In this document: positions 20,910 to 32,476 of the stretch, in pieces
How the letters are laid out: each line of letters starts with the position of its first letter
Position numbering within the stretch: position 1 is the stretch's first letter
Notes under the pieces: model-generated
Database searches by the model: none
Told to the model about the DNA's origin: nothing
The model's input: the letters and a program-made list of their open reading frames with translations, nothing else
NCBI GenBank assembly: GCA_965112735.1
Contig: OZ218961.1
Location: forward strand, 2,976,001-3,040,000
Direction of reading: 5' to 3'
DNA: 64,000 nucleotides
DNA from: Phaeosaccion multiseriatum
Taxonomy: Eukaryota > Protista > Ochrophyta, other classes
Translations under genes and position numbers: made by a program

Positions 20910-23582
20910 ATGCTGCTCGTGCTCACTGCTCCCCTCTTCCTTCTCGTACTACTCCTGTTGGGGCATGGAGTAACATCATTTGAGCTGCCCGCTGGCTTCG
21001 AGTGCGACACTCGCACTCACGGTGAGACGTGGTGGAGTCATGTGGTCAACTCGTCCGCTCCAAATAGAACAAGTAGCAGCCCGAGCCAACTCGTGTCCTT
21101 CGCCCAGGGAACTTGGCTTCAGCAGTGGATACACGACGTGAGAGAAGAGGAGGGTGCAGATGCGTGGTACGAGGATACCCTGAGCGGTATCCTGATCGAA
21201 TACTGTGAGGAAGGCAGGGCCTATGACCACGATCGACTTGTTCCTCCCGGTTCGGAGAGGAGAGCACTGGATTCTAGTGGGAACTGCATTGAGGCCTCTG
21301 ACGGGGACACATCCCTCTATGCTCAGGGATACTGTGAGCGAACGAGGAACTGCTACTGGAAGGCTCCGGCGAACCTGGCGGCGAGACAGCGACAGTACAC
21401 AGACGAGGAAGCAAGTGCCTCAAGGAACGCAGTAAGGGACTGGAACCTTGAAGCCTTTTGGTCGTTCGGCCTGTACGGTGTTGGCTGCGCGGGCTTTCCC
21501 CTACTTTGCTCCCTGATTTTCTTTTATCGGCGCTGCCGAAAGGGCCTGTGTCGGTGCGAGAGGGGCTTAAACAGAAAGCGCGTGGGGTACACTACGAGCG
21601 AGCGATGGGTCTTTATCGGGACATTCCTTGTGAGTGGAATTGTCGCCTGTACTCTCGCCTGGTGGGCTTTTGTTGGTCATGTGGACTCTAATCGCGGCAT
21701 CACGGACGCCTATGCCACGGTTAGCGAGGCGAAGGAGGAGATGCAAACCTTTGTATCGGATGCCGCATCCCCACTGATTCTCTTTCAGAGCTCTCTCAAT
21801 GCTACCACGGAGGCAGCCTCAACGATGGTCGATGACTCATGGTGGCTATCGGAGGGACAACTGTTTTACGAGACGCGGATGGGATTGAATCGCTGGCGCA
21901 GGGCATGGATCACTCAGATTGAATACGATGCGGATGAGGAGGACGACATCAACGATGCCATACAGGATATAAGGGATGCGGTGTCAGACAAGGGGACATA
22001 TCTAGAAGAGAAGGTGCTGGGCAGTGCCGAGCTACTAAGAGAGGTGTCTGTCAACGCGGATGGGATACAGGCGGAAGCGGAGCAGTTGATGGAGAAGCTC
22101 GTTGCAGCGAACGAGACCTTTGTCGAGCGGGCAGGCTCGCTCGAGCAAATGGCAAACGTGGCGGACGTCAACAAGGCCGTGCACGTGTTGGTTCTATGGG
22201 GAGTCATAGCCCTGGTGGGACTTTCGTGCCTCACGGGGTTGTTGGCCATTGTGGCTGGGGTTGGACGGTGCAAGTCTTCCTTGTGGCTCGTGGGTCTTCT
22301 TGATATTACCTGGGTGAGCAGCGGTGCGGTCATCACCTTTGGGTTCTTGCTGTCCACGTTTGCCTTTGTATGCGCCGTGCTGTGGAGCGATTCCTGCTCC
22401 TGGATGAAACTCGTCTCCAGGGATTGGGGCCTCGTAACCGATGGAACCACCTCAGACACGTTCAACACATGCTTTGAACGCGGCAAGCAAGCGAATCTCT
22501 TTTCGGGGCTGAACCTCTCAGAACCCTTTAGCTTTGCGCTGGGGTACAACTCGGCTCTCAGAGTGACCAATAGACTCAATGTGAGCCGAACAGTGTCGGA
22601 GATAACCTCGACATTGGATGATCTAGTCAACGTGGTGAACGGGCTTAACGCATCCGCCTTGGAGGAGCTCAACAGTTACACAAACGCATCTGCATGGCAC
22701 GCCACATGCGAGTACAACCTTTCTTACACACGCACAGAGGTGTTGACTCCATGGGTCGTTGCTGCGGAGGAGTCGGGGGACTTTGGCTTTGGATTGACGG
22801 CGCACTGGGCCGATTCCTCGGACGGCGGGTATCAGAACCTCAGCAGACAGGGGCAAGAGAACGGCACCGCCTACATGGGGCGTGTCTTTGACAGTTACAA
22901 CTGCCGCACTTTCAACGACGACTTGCTTGATCTGTACAGCTCTGTCGCGGCCTCGGAGGAGAACAAGCTCACCATGGTGAACGACTTGATGTGTGTGGAC
23001 GACACAGACTCGGATTTGAACTCGAACTCAAACTCGTCTTCGCCTTCGTCCTTCTGCACCCAAGAGCTGTACGAGAATGAAACTGTAACGAACTGCGGAT
23101 GCACCAGCGTGGGTATCATGGCGCCTCAGTCTGTGTACAGCTTTATATCTGAGTACGACAGCAACCTCACGGCGTTGCAAGGCCGGATCAGGGAGCACGG
23201 CCGAGTGGTCTCGGCTTCAGTGGGCCACATGGAGAGCTTTTTCTGCCAGAGCCACTGCGGCTGGATGGCCCAAGCCTTCAAAACCGTGTACGCGAACGTG
23301 TGTGGTGACACCCTGGGCGGGCTGTTACAGCAGGCGCTTTCCCTCTTCCTTCTTGCCGTGTTTGGCATTTTCCTTCAAGTGTCTTCTGCGGTGCTGGCGG
23401 TGCGGTTAAAGGGAGAGCGCGCACAGGATATGGCTCGGATCTTGGTCGAGAGAGAAGAGAACAAAGTGGACATGCCGCTCTTCTTCGACCAGGAGGAAGA
23501 GGAGGCGGAGGAAGGCGGCACTGGGAAGAGGAACAGCGCGGGTGGGGGGACTTCTGCGGCTGGAGGCTTGGTAGTGATGTAG
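20910..23582 (+). CDS. Prominin/tweety-like five-transmembrane glycoprotein, 890 aa, intronless
   Basis: Signal peptide; TM1 followed by a Cys/Arg-rich loop (YRRCRKGLCRC); TM2; a helical ectodomain; TM3-4 ending in SDSC; a large N-glycan-sequon-rich loop; CGWMAQAFKTVYANVC just before TM5. Confidence 0.7.
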   Translation: MLLVLTAPLFLLVLLLLGHGVTSFELPAGFECDTRTHGETWWSHVVNSSAPNRTSSSPSQLVSFAQGTWLQQWIHDVREEEGADAWYEDTLSGILIEYCEEGRAYDHDRLVPPGSERRALDSSGNCIEASDGDTSLYAQGYCERTRNCYWKAPANLAARQRQYTDEEASASRNAVRDWNLEAFWSFGLYGVGCAGFPLLCSLIFFYRRCRKGLCRCERGLNRKRVGYTTSERWVFIGTFLVSGIVACTLAWWAFVGHVDSNRGITDAYATVSEAKEEMQTFVSDAASPLILFQSSLNATTEAASTMVDDSWWLSEGQLFYETRMGLNRWRRAWITQIEYDADEEDDINDAIQDIRDAVSDKGTYLEEKVLGSAELLREVSVNADGIQAEAEQLMEKLVAANETFVERAGSLEQMANVADVNKAVHVLVLWGVIALVGLSCLTGLLAIVAGVGRCKSSLWLVGLLDITWVSSGAVITFGFLLSTFAFVCAVLWSDSCSWMKLVSRDWGLVTDGTTSDTFNTCFERGKQANLFSGLNLSEPFSFALGYNSALRVTNRLNVSRTVSEITSTLDDLVNVVNGLNASALEELNSYTNASAWHATCEYNLSYTRTEVLTPWVVAAEESGDFGFGLTAHWADSSDGGYQNLSRQGQENGTAYMGRVFDSYNCRTFNDDLLDLYSSVAASEENKLTMVNDLMCVDDTDSDLNSNSNSSSPSSFCTQELYENETVTNCGCTSVGIMAPQSVYSFISEYDSNLTALQGRIREHGRVVSASVGHMESFFCQSHCGWMAQAFKTVYANVCGDTLGGLLQQALSLFLLAVFGIFLQVSSAVLAVRLKGERAQDMARILVEREENKVDMPLFFDQEEEEAEEGGTGKRNSAGGGTSAAGGLVVM

Positions 23583-24012
23583 TCTTAATTTGAATTATAA
23601 AACACTACTTCGAAGTACATTATTTCAAGAGCAAAGCTAAGCAAGGCAAAGCAAAAGCAAAGCAATGAAACGCAAGGCAGCAAAGCAACGCATTAAACTA
23701 TAGCCGCCTCTTTGTCCACCCCTCCGTCCCTGTAATGGCAGGGCACGCTCACGCTCACGAGCAATGTCTACGCTCGAAGAAGGGACGAATCAAGCAGGCA
23801 CACGACTCGCTTGCGTCGAGCCAAGCCATTCGCAACCGCTTTCCATTCCTTCTTGACGTGCGCATTCCGCCTCCACTCCTCTCGACACGGCGATGGTTGA
23901 ATGCTCGATCCCATTCCCCATTCACGTCTCTCCAAAGGGACATCATCATCATCATCATCGTCGTCGTCGTCATCATCCTCCTCCTCCTCATCATCATCAT
24001 CATCACCCTCAC

Positions 24013-24043
<31 letters not shown>

Positions 24044-24106
24044 TCATCATCATCATCATCATCATCATCACCCCCACCACCACCATCATCATCATCATCA
24101 TCATCC

Positions 24107-24820
24107 TCAGCCATGCTTACACTCATGACCGCACCCCCCTTGCTTACTACCGCACCCCCCTTGCTCTAGCATGTCATAGTACTGATACTCTCCCACCCTA
24201 CCACTCGTGCCGTCAGCTCGACTGCCCCCAGCGCCCATCTTCTCCATAGCCATACTCAATCTCCCACTGTCAGATCCGCCGCCGCTCCCGCTGCCTCCTC
24301 TTCGACCACTGCTGCTCGTGCTGTGGGAGCCCGAGAAAAAGGTTCGCACATTCCACCATAACCTCCTCAGCAGACCGGCTCCTCTCGTCTGCGGCTCTCG
24401 CCACCGCCTTCGCTTAATGACCTCGTAGGTGGTCTCGTTGCACAGCAGCAGGCGCGTGTGCGCACCGAGCAGCGATGCCAGCCACACAAAGTGGTATAGC
24501 GCGAGTATCGTCACGGAGAAGAAGACTCTGTTATGACGATGAATGACCTTGGCTCTTCGGACCAGTGCCAACCCTGCTACCACGTGGGTGTGGCCTGACG
24601 CCTCGGCGGCTGCACTGAGCATACCGTTGGTCCACCACCACACGCAGAGCAGGTACAGCCCAATGTCGAGAAAGCCGAACAGCAGAAAGCCGTAAAAGAA
24701 GCGATGGTTCCGAGCCCCGACGCAATCTGAGGGTGATGATGATGATGATGATGATGATGACGTCACCATGTGACGTCATTGAACAGGGGGAAAGCGCGAA
24801 GGGAAAGCAGGTAGGCAAGC

Positions 24821-24863
<43 letters not shown>

Positions 24864-27559
24864 GTTTAGAAAATTGTGCGGGCGCTGATACACACCGGCC
24901 AAGCGGTTGATCGGGTATTGAAGCACGCCACTGGGGGGGGGGCAGAGGAATGTAACGCAATACATGTAACCGCCAGGAACAGGACGCGGGATAGTGCGAC
25001 GCAGGAGCCACTCATTTGAATTCGCTGACTTACTTTGGACAAATGGGCAGTGATGATCGAAGCGATCAATGCACTTATTGCAAATGGGGCAGTGCTTGCT
25101 GCGTGGAGCCTTCTCCACCAGACAAGTCAGGCACATGTTGGTTACAGTCAGCTCCTCCTCCTCCGCCAAGAGTCTAGACAGCACCAGCACCACCACCACC
25201 ACCAGCAGCAGCAGCAGCAGCCGTTGAAGCACAAGAGCCCAAGATTGGAAAACAAGAGAAAGGGAGCAGAAGTAGACATGCGACCAAGAGTGAATGAGTG
25301 AGTGTGCGTGTGGGAGAGTGAGTGAGTGAGTGAGTGAGTGTGAGTGAGAAAGAGGGCGACAATAAGCACCGCACCCCCGAAGTTGCTCGAGCAGAGGAGG
25401 CGGCAGGCGGCGAGTCTAAAACTCCTCGGCACATGCCGGGGAGAAGATAGGAAGATAGGATATAAGGCCCCGAGAGCGGAAAGTAAGAGGGCGAAACAGC
25501 GCCCCAATTCTTTTGCTTTGCTTCCTTCTCCACAGCAGAGTGCGAATCGCAGGCCGATTGGGGATGCGCCTATGTCACTCCCTTACCCCCTCTCTCCCTA
25601 TGTACCCACTCTCTCTCGTATGTCTTTCTTACGCACTCTCTCTTGTATCTCTCTCCCCATGTCTCACTCACCCACGCTCTCTCTCTCTTTTATATATATA
25701 TATATATATACTTCCTCTCCTTTGCTGCGTTCCCCACCTTCCAAAAGCCCCACTCACCCACCCACCCACCCACCTGATGGCCGCGTTCTTCTCTTCTATG
25801 CTGAGGAGCACCTCCTCGCGCGAAGGGTCCGTCTCCGCGGTTTTGTAGATAAAAGTAAAAATGGCAGCGACACCCAGCTGAAACACCGCCCCAACGCCCA
25901 TGCCAAACGAGGCAGCCAGAAACCATGCGTACGCCGCATCGATTGCCATGAGCGAGAAGAGTGTCAGGCCCATTGCGTAGCCATTGCCCGAGTAGCCCAA
26001 CACCTTCCCATTGCAGCGGGAGGTGACGCCGAACCCCATGCAACACACGAGACCGGCCAGAGGGCATGTAAGGAACCAAGAGGTGAGTAAGATCCAAGCG
26101 CCGTGGAAGCAGGGGAGGAGGAGGCCCTTCCTGCAAGGCACGTTCTCGCCAGTCTTGTCCTCTTTGCCGTACTTGTCGATCTTGACGAGCATCGAGGCGA
26201 GCATCTTGTTCCCACACTGGTTCGGTGGTGGTGGACAAGAAGGAAGGCAAGGGGCGGGATGTGGATCAAATGAAGGAAATGAGAACTGAAGGAAGAAAAA
26301 ATAAAAGTTGGGGTCGAGCGTCGAGGAAAAACAGCAACGGAAAGCCAAACACGAACCAGAGAAGAAGCGGCAGAGAATACCATCACGACTTGAAACCTTG
26401 ACTGCACCACCTACTACCTGACTTACTACTGACCGAACCGAACCGAACCCAGCACGACTGACTGACCTGATTCGCGGCGTCCTGGGGTGTGTAGCCCAGC
26501 TTGTTGCTCGCGCGGAGGTCGGCGCCAGCGTCTATCAACGTCGCCACAGTGGATGTGTTGCCCGTGCCCATCACAGCCCAGTGCAAGGGGGTGTTGCCCT
26601 CGTCTCCGTCACCCCTCTTGATCCCCACCCCGGCTCCGTAGCTGAGCAGGACCCTCAGCAACTCAATGCTGTGGCCCTTGAGTTTGGTGGCGTAGAGCAG
26701 AGGGGTGAAGCCTTTGGAATCTTCCGCATTGACGTCGGCTCCGCATGCCAGGAGGTACATGGCCAGCGCCACGTAGTCCATCTGAGTGAGGGAGGGATTG
26801 AGTGAGGAAGGAGGGAGTGAGGGAGGGAAGGAGGAGTGAGTGAGTGAGTGAGTGAGGGAGGGAGTGAGCGAATGGGTGAGTGACTCAACTCTCTTCGCCC
26901 GCAAAACATGACTGACCTGCGCGCATAGATGGAGAGCCGTCTGGCCATACTTGTTGCAGTGGTGGACGTCTGCGCCCCCCTTTATGAGCTGCACACACAC
27001 ACTCATATTCTGCTGGCGACATGCCCATTGCATCGCCGTCTCCTGCAGTATGCCTACACGGTAGCAGAGAGAGCAAGAGAGACATCGGATATTTACACAA
27101 ATCGTACGCTCGAGTGCGCCACAAAACCGTGTGCACCAACCCCACTACTGTCAAACATTTGCCCACGCCCTTGGTTGAAAGCCACTACTACGTTTTGCAA
27201 AGCCTCCCATAGTATGACCTCCGCGCCACTCGGCACCCACCTCCTGCGGCCGAGGCGGGGGCCCCCAGCTCCAGAAGAGAAACGACGACCTGCACTCGGT
27301 TGTTGATGGCCGCCCAGTGGAGAAGGGGGACGTCCTCGTGGTCTCTGTCGGACGCTTTCACCGTCTGTAAGGAGAGGAGGGGAGTCAATAACAATCCTCG
27401 GAACAAATCTTTCCACATTCTTCTCACCTTCCCCACCAAAGCGGTGAGTTCTTCCAGCTCCCCAAACTGGCATGCTCGCACAGCCAGTGCGATTTGGGCC
27501 TCGGCATCCTTCTCCGTGGCCTCCTGGGTCATTGGGAGCGGCTGGAGTAGAGAAGGCAT
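24107..27559 (-). CDS. Ankyrin-repeat DHHC palmitoyltransferase (Akr1/TIP1/ZDHHC17 type), multi-exon
   Basis: ANK exons ([30 protein letters not shown]) and the spliced [51 protein letters not shown], followed by the NETTYE motif. Confidence 0.9.
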
Positions 27560-27630
27560 GGGGAGGCGGAGGCGAGAGCGGAGGAAGCGGATGGCACTGG
27601 ATGGCTGTCGCTTGATTGCCTCACTTTCGG

Positions 27631-30300
27631 ATGGCCGGGACCTTCCGGCCTCTGCTCCGGGGGGAAGCGGCACTGGAGTTGCTGCTGCTTGTGCTTCTTT
27701 GTAGTTGCGGCTGCCTGCATGTCTCGTCGTTCGCCGTGGTGGGCGCCCGTTGGTGGTATTCTAGGCCAGCACTTTCGCGGGGTAGTGGGAGCGAAGAAAG
27801 GAGAGGTCATGCGGTCAAATGGGCAGGCATGGTTGCTCCACCTCGGTCACCGGTGGGTGCAGATGATGGTGGACGCAGACGCAGTGATATAAGAATGGGA
27901 GCGGAGGCGAGACCAATAGCATCTGACTCAGGATTTAGGATGTTGCGAATGCCTGGTGGGAAGAAGAGAGGCGTAGACTTGCGGTCCGATACTGTGACCG
28001 AGCCAACTCCTCACATGCGAAAGGTGATGAGCAAAGCAGAAGTAGGGGATGACGTGTTCGGGGAAGACCCCACAGTGAACAAGCTGCAGGAGGAGGTGGC
28101 AGGGCTCTTGGGCAAGGAGGCGGCCCTCTTTGTGCCCTCCGGAACCATGGCAAACCTCATCGCAAATCTCGTTTGGTGCAATCAACGCGGCTCGGAGATG
28201 ATATGCGGCGACCTCAGCCACTGCTACATGTGGGAAAGTGCCAATGCGGCGCAGTTTGGAGGAATTGCCTATCGCCCCATTCCCAACCAAGAAGACGGCT
28301 CGATATTACTCAAGGACATCCGTGCTGCAGTCCGGAGCAACAACGTGCACTTCCCCACCACCCGACTGGTGAGTCTGGAGAACTCACACAATCAGTGCGG
28401 CGGCCGGGTGCTTTCAGGGGCCTACGTGGATTCAGTGGGAGAGTTTTGTCACGAGGCAGGCCTCCGGCTTCACATGGACGGCGCTCGTCTGTGGAATGCG
28501 GCCGCGGCTTTGGGCGAGGATCCTGCTCGCCTAGTGCAGAGCTGCGATAGCATCACTGTGAGTTTCTCCAAAGGATTAGGGGCCCCTGTGGGCAGCTGCA
28601 TTGTTGGCAGCGCCGACTTTATTGCTCGCGCTCGGCGCGCTCGAAAAGCGCTCGGGGGGGGCATGAGGCAATCGGGTGTACTGGCAGCAGCGGCGTCCGA
28701 AGGGCTCTCAAAGATGCTCCCCAGGATCGGGGAGGACCATACCAATGCCAGGAAGCTGGCGCGTGGTATCCACAGGTTGGGAATGCCGGGGGGGTTGCAG
28801 GTTAGACCAGAGACGGTGGAGACGAACATTGTCTTGGTTACCGTGGGACCGGATCTGGAAGCACTGGGTATGGATGCAGAAGATTTCGTGGAGCAGCTTG
28901 CACAGAAGGATATCTTTTGCTGTGCCCTGGACCCTACCACGGTTCGGTTTGTGACCCACTATCAGATTTCAACGTCGGATATTTTTAGGGCCATTTCAGC
29001 TGTGAGGGATGTGCTGGAAGAGGCCGGATTGACGCCGTCAGAAGCTCCGGTTGCTCCTCCTGCTGCTCCTCCTCCTGCTGCTCCCGCTGCTTCCGTTGCT
29101 CCTGCTCCTGCTGCCGCTGCTGTTGCTACTCCTGGTGAGGGCGATGTTAGTGCTGGTGTTGTTGTTGCTGCTGCTCCAATCGAGAGCGAGGCGGCGACTG
29201 CAGCAAAAGGTGCAAGTGCGGACGACAGTGAGCCAGTCATGACCACAGCTGAGACCCGCGGTAGTGCGGCGAGCGGCGGTGGGGAGTCTGTATGGAGTAG
29301 TTCCCCAGACGATCACATCTCTTCTTCGTCTACTCAGTATCAGCACGGGGAGGAGTGCCCAGTCTCAGTCACCACAGCCGACCTTGACACATACGAGGAG
29401 GTGTGTGTGCGAGGCATGTCGGTTACAGAACGGGGCTTCGTGGCCATTTTGGAGAGCACCGGCAGCGGCCGGGCCCTGCGGGTGCTCATCACACCTGAGG
29501 ACCCCATGAGCAGCGGTTTGGACGTGAATGAGCCGGGGACGCCAGAGGCGGTGACTTTGCTGCAGCTGCTGCAAGGTATTGATGTGCGCAGTCACTTGCC
29601 GGAGCGTTTCTTGCAAATGAAGATGGAGTGCGAGGAGCCTGTGCGTCTCAAGGAGGTGTACATTCACCAGCTGTACTCGTCGCATGGGCCGCTCAAAGCT
29701 ACGCTAGTGGGGGAAGAGGAGCACACGGAGGAAGAGCAAAGCGCGGATGGTGGAGTGTTTGGGGGCGAAGGGTTTTCAGCAACGGACGATGTGGGGCCGT
29801 GCAGACCGGAGCTGCAGTGCGAGGTGCAGAGCGGCTTCGAGGTGATTGCAATGATCCTTCGATACGGTTGCACAAAGGTCTATGTGAAGCCTGAATTGCT
29901 CTACGAGAAGACGGATGTGGATGGGCCCGCCTCTTGCTTCGACGCACTGTCCATTCCGAAGCGCTATCCCAACCTCATGGGTTTCGAGGCGAAGAAAGGC
30001 GCTCAGCACGGCGATCTTGCCGCCGCTGCGGCGGCTGCCGCGATTGACCAAGCCGCGAGGATGAAGCAGGACCTTCTCACGGAGGAAGAGGAAGAGGTAG
30101 AGATGGTGGAGGACGAGGAGGCAGAAAATGCAGTGGAGCCCCTGAATGCGGCGGATGTGGCACAGCTGCTGGAGAACTTTGAGGCCGCGATGATAGAAGG
30201 AGACGATGAGCGAGCGTCCGGTATTCGCGGCATGCTGGCCACGGCGCCAGAGAGCGAGAGAGAGAGGATAGAGGAGGGACTCAACTCACGCATGCGCTGA
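27631..30300 (+). CDS. Low-specificity L-threonine aldolase (GLY1/LtaE family) with a bipartite-type targeting presequence and a ~300-aa extra C-terminal domain; intronless
   Basis: Motifs VDLRSDTVT, GDDVFGEDPTV, PSGTMAN, LENSHN, HMDGARLWNA, SFSKGLGAPVGS (PLP lysine) and RKALGGGMRQSG. N-terminal hydrophobic stretch followed by VSS-FAV. Confidence 0.92.
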   Translation: MAGTFRPLLRGEAALELLLLVLLCSCGCLHVSSFAVVGARWWYSRPALSRGSGSEERRGHAVKWAGMVAPPRSPVGADDGGRRRSDIRMGAEARPIASDSGFRMLRMPGGKKRGVDLRSDTVTEPTPHMRKVMSKAEVGDDVFGEDPTVNKLQEEVAGLLGKEAALFVPSGTMANLIANLVWCNQRGSEMICGDLSHCYMWESANAAQFGGIAYRPIPNQEDGSILLKDIRAAVRSNNVHFPTTRLVSLENSHNQCGGRVLSGAYVDSVGEFCHEAGLRLHMDGARLWNAAAALGEDPARLVQSCDSITVSFSKGLGAPVGSCIVGSADFIARARRARKALGGGMRQSGVLAAAASEGLSKMLPRIGEDHTNARKLARGIHRLGMPGGLQVRPETVETNIVLVTVGPDLEALGMDAEDFVEQLAQKDIFCCALDPTTVRFVTHYQISTSDIFRAISAVRDVLEEAGLTPSEAPVAPPAAPPPAAPAASVAPAPAAAAVATPGEGDVSAGVVVAAAPIESEAATAAKGASADDSEPVMTTAETRGSAASGGGESVWSSSPDDHISSSSTQYQHGEECPVSVTTADLDTYEEVCVRGMSVTERGFVAILESTGSGRALRVLITPEDPMSSGLDVNEPGTPEAVTLLQLLQGIDVRSHLPERFLQMKMECEEPVRLKEVYIHQLYSSHGPLKATLVGEEEHTEEEQSADGGVFGGEGFSATDDVGPCRPELQCEVQSGFEVIAMILRYGCTKVYVKPELLYEKTDVDGPASCFDALSIPKRYPNLMGFEAKKGAQHGDLAAAAAAAAIDQAARMKQDLLTEEEEEVEMVEDEEAENAVEPLNAADVAQLLENFEAAMIEGDDERASGIRGMLATAPESERERIEEGLNSRMR

Positions 30301-30618
30301 GCTTGCGTCCACCCTCAATCCGCCCCTTGTTTATAGATTAGAAGCAGCGACTCAGAAGAAAGACAGCTAAATCTTTATGAAATATACCTTGTTTATACGA
30401 CGTTATATATATATGAGCGGATTGCGACTTGCCGCATCGCCAAAGTCTCCGCTGCTTCACACCACTCTGTTTACCTTATAGGGGTTGTATCTCAATTTCC
30501 TCCTCTGAACCTTTTGTGTAAGGCAGCGTGAGGGATTTACTCATCACGGCCACACCGTCGTTCAGGCTATTTGCATGCCATGTGGCATCACCCCGCCAGC
30601 GTCTCCCCGCCCCCCTAC

Positions 30619-31023
30619 TTACTTTCTCGCGACATCTGGATTGCGGGCCTTGGCTTCTGAGTAGGCCGAGAACTCGTCGCGTTTTCTGAAGTACAGCTTG
30701 TTCGTCTCCTCCTTCAGGTAAGTGTTGTGCCCCTCTGGCACACTGAACGTAGCCCGACTTTCTCCCAGCTTGCCCGCAAGGCTTGTCCCTTGGAATCCAA
30801 TTAGGTTGCCCATGCCGTTGTTGCGCGGCCGTACATTGGTCTCTCGAATGGTGCTCGATATCGGGACCATTGTGCCGGGTGGTAAATTCCTCTCCTTCTC
30901 TTGATGATTTACAAACAGCCTTCTGTTCTCACTCATCCAAACATCGCTTTTTTCCACCACAGCGAACGGAGTGAGTAGTGAGGCCGTCTGGTGCAGCTGC
31001 CGCATCCCATCCTCATCCGTCAT
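30619..31023 (-). CDS. Small hypothetical protein (~134 aa)
   Basis: Uninterrupted ATG-to-stop ORF with protein-like, non-repetitive composition, divergent from the CX9C gene. Confidence 0.6.
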   Translation of the reverse strand: MTDEDGMRQLHQTASLLTPFAVVEKSDVWMSENRRLFVNHQEKERNLPPGTMVPISSTIRETNVRPRNNGMGNLIGFQGTSLAGKLGESRATFSVPEGHNTYLKEETNKLYFRKRDEFSAYSEAKARNPDVARK

Positions 31024-31326
31024 AGTCCTTCCTGTGCCTCCTCTCCTGCTGCTGCTTTGGTCAAGATGTAGAGGGAGAAAACAAAGACGTAACAAGAGCT
31101 ACAAGAAGAATCTCTGATGCACCGTGGGTCGAGAGAGGAGAAAAAAAGGTCGAAGGTCTGTCTGTGGGGCAATATAGCCCCTGACGCAAGCAATTCGAAA
31201 CGCTCGATCGATCTATGCTCAATGACATAGTCGGGCCGGGGGAGGCGTGGATCCGTCAGGAAAAAAAACCTTGAGAGAGACGACAAGAGACGAATATACA
31301 AGAGAGACACACGTTAATTTGCTAAC

Positions 31327-31885
31327 ATGTCTGCACCGGCTGGGGAGCAAGCTCTGCGCCTCCCAGACTTCTTCCCTCGAGTTCCCAAGCAGTGCAAAAA
31401 ACAGGCCCAGCCCTTCTTTGATTGCTTCAGCGAGAAAGGGGAGCAGCCCCCGGAAGGGGTGAGTTGGGACTGAATTAATGCAGGAAGTCAAAAAGGCTCT
31501 GTACTGCCGGCGGATGCGGGTTTGTCGGCGCCTCTCACTCATGTCTGTCCCCCGCTCTTTGCCTCCGATCCACCTGCTCTCCTCCGTCTCACCCCCTCTG
31601 TGCAACATTGTCAGGACAAGGAGGCCGGCCGGACGGCCCTAAAGGAGTGCGCCTCTTTGCTAGGCCCGTATGAGAAGTGCATGACGAAAAGGTGTGTGCA
31701 AGGTACAGCTTGTCTCATGTTTTCCCTTTTGTTCGTGGGGGAGGCAATGGCGGGGCGGTACAATTGTCTCCAACCCTCCTGCTCCTCGCCCTCCTTCCAA
31801 TTTACGACCTTGTAGATTACGGAAGAAGCCGGAAAATCTTATCCGCGTACAAGAGGAGTACCGCATCAAGGGGGAGAGTACCTAG
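31327..31885 (+). CDS. Twin-CX9C (CHCH-type) small protein, ~92 aa. Exons 31327-31458, 31615-31691, 31816-31885
   Basis: Spliced product MSAPAGEQALRLPDFFPRVPKQ-CKKQAQPFFDC-FSEKGEQPPEGDKEAGRTALKE-CASLLGPYEKC-MTKRLRKKPENLIRVQEEYRIKGEST, with canonical GT-AG sites. Confidence 0.82.
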
Positions 31886-32476
31886 CGTCCGCTCACCAGC
31901 GCCAAACGACGGCCCATGGTAGGGCTGAACCACTGATGGCGCAGGCACACGCAGGGCCAACGCGTCCGTCTCTACATAGCCTGAGCGACTGCCGCCGCCG
32001 CAGCAGCAGCAAAGAGCAACAGCAGCAACAGCAGCAGCAGCATCAGTAGTAGTAGTAGTAGTAGTAGTGGAGGGAGTACGAAGAATAGCAGGGGGGGCGG
32101 GGGGGCGACTGGTGAGGCGATTTCCAAAGTGCGCAACCATTCTCGTTACCTCCTCAACGAGGATCCATGTACACCAAAGACTGTGAAGCGGGAATGGCAT
32201 GGCCGGACAGAAACAGTGCTGACGCTTCGTCACTCGTCCAGCGAACATGGCTCGTTGGCTCGTCCCTCAGTGAGCCAAGTGAAGAGAAGACCGTAGACAA
32301 GCAAGGCGGAGTGTCGCTTGGGGAGGGCGTTACATGCATGGGTCTCCGCTTCGACATGCTGCAGCACTTGATGCACGGGACGGAGGCTTTCAGTCCGACT
32401 CTGGCAGTCTGACTCCCAGCGGCGTGAAACAAACAAGAAGCGAGGTCTTATACATGCCATCTGCCATCAAGTGCCA

